64,000 bases of DNA from Macrostomum hystrix (lineage: Eukaryota > Animalia > Platyhelminthes). The stretch lies in the NCBI GenBank assembly GCA_950097015.1, contig CATNEN010000003.1, forward strand, positions 6,138,001 through 6,202,000, in the 5' to 3' direction. Under the pieces are notes generated by a model. The model had not been told where the DNA came from and did no database searches. It saw nothing but the letters and a program-made list of their open reading frames with translations. The first letter of the stretch is position 1. Each line of letters starts with the position of its first letter. The translations under genes and the position numbers were made by a program. Below, piece after piece: positions 63,369 to 64,000 of the stretch.

Positions 63369-64000
63369 CTGATAATCACACGTTTGTCAGTTTTTTTACT
63401 TAACTTTGATCTTTCTCTCGCGTGATTCGATTCCAAACAGTATTTGTTAGTAACTACTGTTCTGCGGTGTAGTGTTCATTGGATTTCGAACTTCTGTGGT
63501 TTTAGTGTCTATGGCTTCATTAGGTATAGTGTGTGACTCCAGTGGGTAGTGTCTATGGATGCAGTTGGCAGTGTCTATGGCTTCATTAGGTATCATCGAG
63601 GTATCATGGTAGCTTCTATGGCTTGAGTGGATTGTCTGGACACTAGAAAAAACTATCATCGCAAATATATATCGGTAAATGAAAGTTCATTTCAGCGCCA
63701 CTAAGGATACGCTCGTATTTCTAAGTATAATAATCAAATTAACTCCCCAAGTATCTCAAATCTCGATTCATAGAATAAGTCCTCACCTAAAAGCTACTGT
63801 ACTAATAGTATTCAAGTAAGTAACTCGATCAGCAATATATATTAGTTTATCGTTTTCTAATTAAAAAATTGGATAAATTCAAAAGAATGAAAGAGAAATG
63901 ATAATTATTTAGATAACGACTTGAGTGAGTGAGGATGACCGAAGGATAGATTAATAGGTGTGAAATATAAGTAAAACTATAATTATAGTTAACTTTCCAA

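Overview
Eukaryotic (animal) genomic DNA with GT-AG spliceosomal introns; the layout is most consistent with a trans-splicing invertebrate such as a free-living flatworm, which is an inference and not an identification. There are three co-oriented clusters of housekeeping genes. Plus strand: TTC37/SKIC3 (3' part), DECR1 and two PLCXD paralogues. Minus strand: YIPF1, a SelU/MnmH-like tRNA 2-selenouridine synthase and KAT8/MOF. Plus strand: NEDD1-like, C12orf4/FERRY3 and BOLA3, followed by a small minus-strand coiled-coil gene. Most introns and intergenic spacers are filled by 20-42 bp minisatellites, which produce most of the long ORFs in the ORF track (spurious). A 15 kb gene-free interval (29.4-44.6 kb) separates the divergent clusters and holds nested transposon remnants (MULE > Helentron-like > LTR fragment, MITEs, solo LTR, LINE tail) and many TAGGCCTA palindromes. 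Two observations stand out. (1) An intron-containing, apparently mitochondrially targeted homologue of the prokaryotic tRNA selenation/geranylation enzyme SelU is embedded among animal genes. (2) Several genes have no evident genomic ATG: their frame opens at phase 0 immediately after a 3' splice acceptor, as expected if an AUG-ending spliced leader supplies the start codon in operon-like clusters. All exon boundaries were read by eye.
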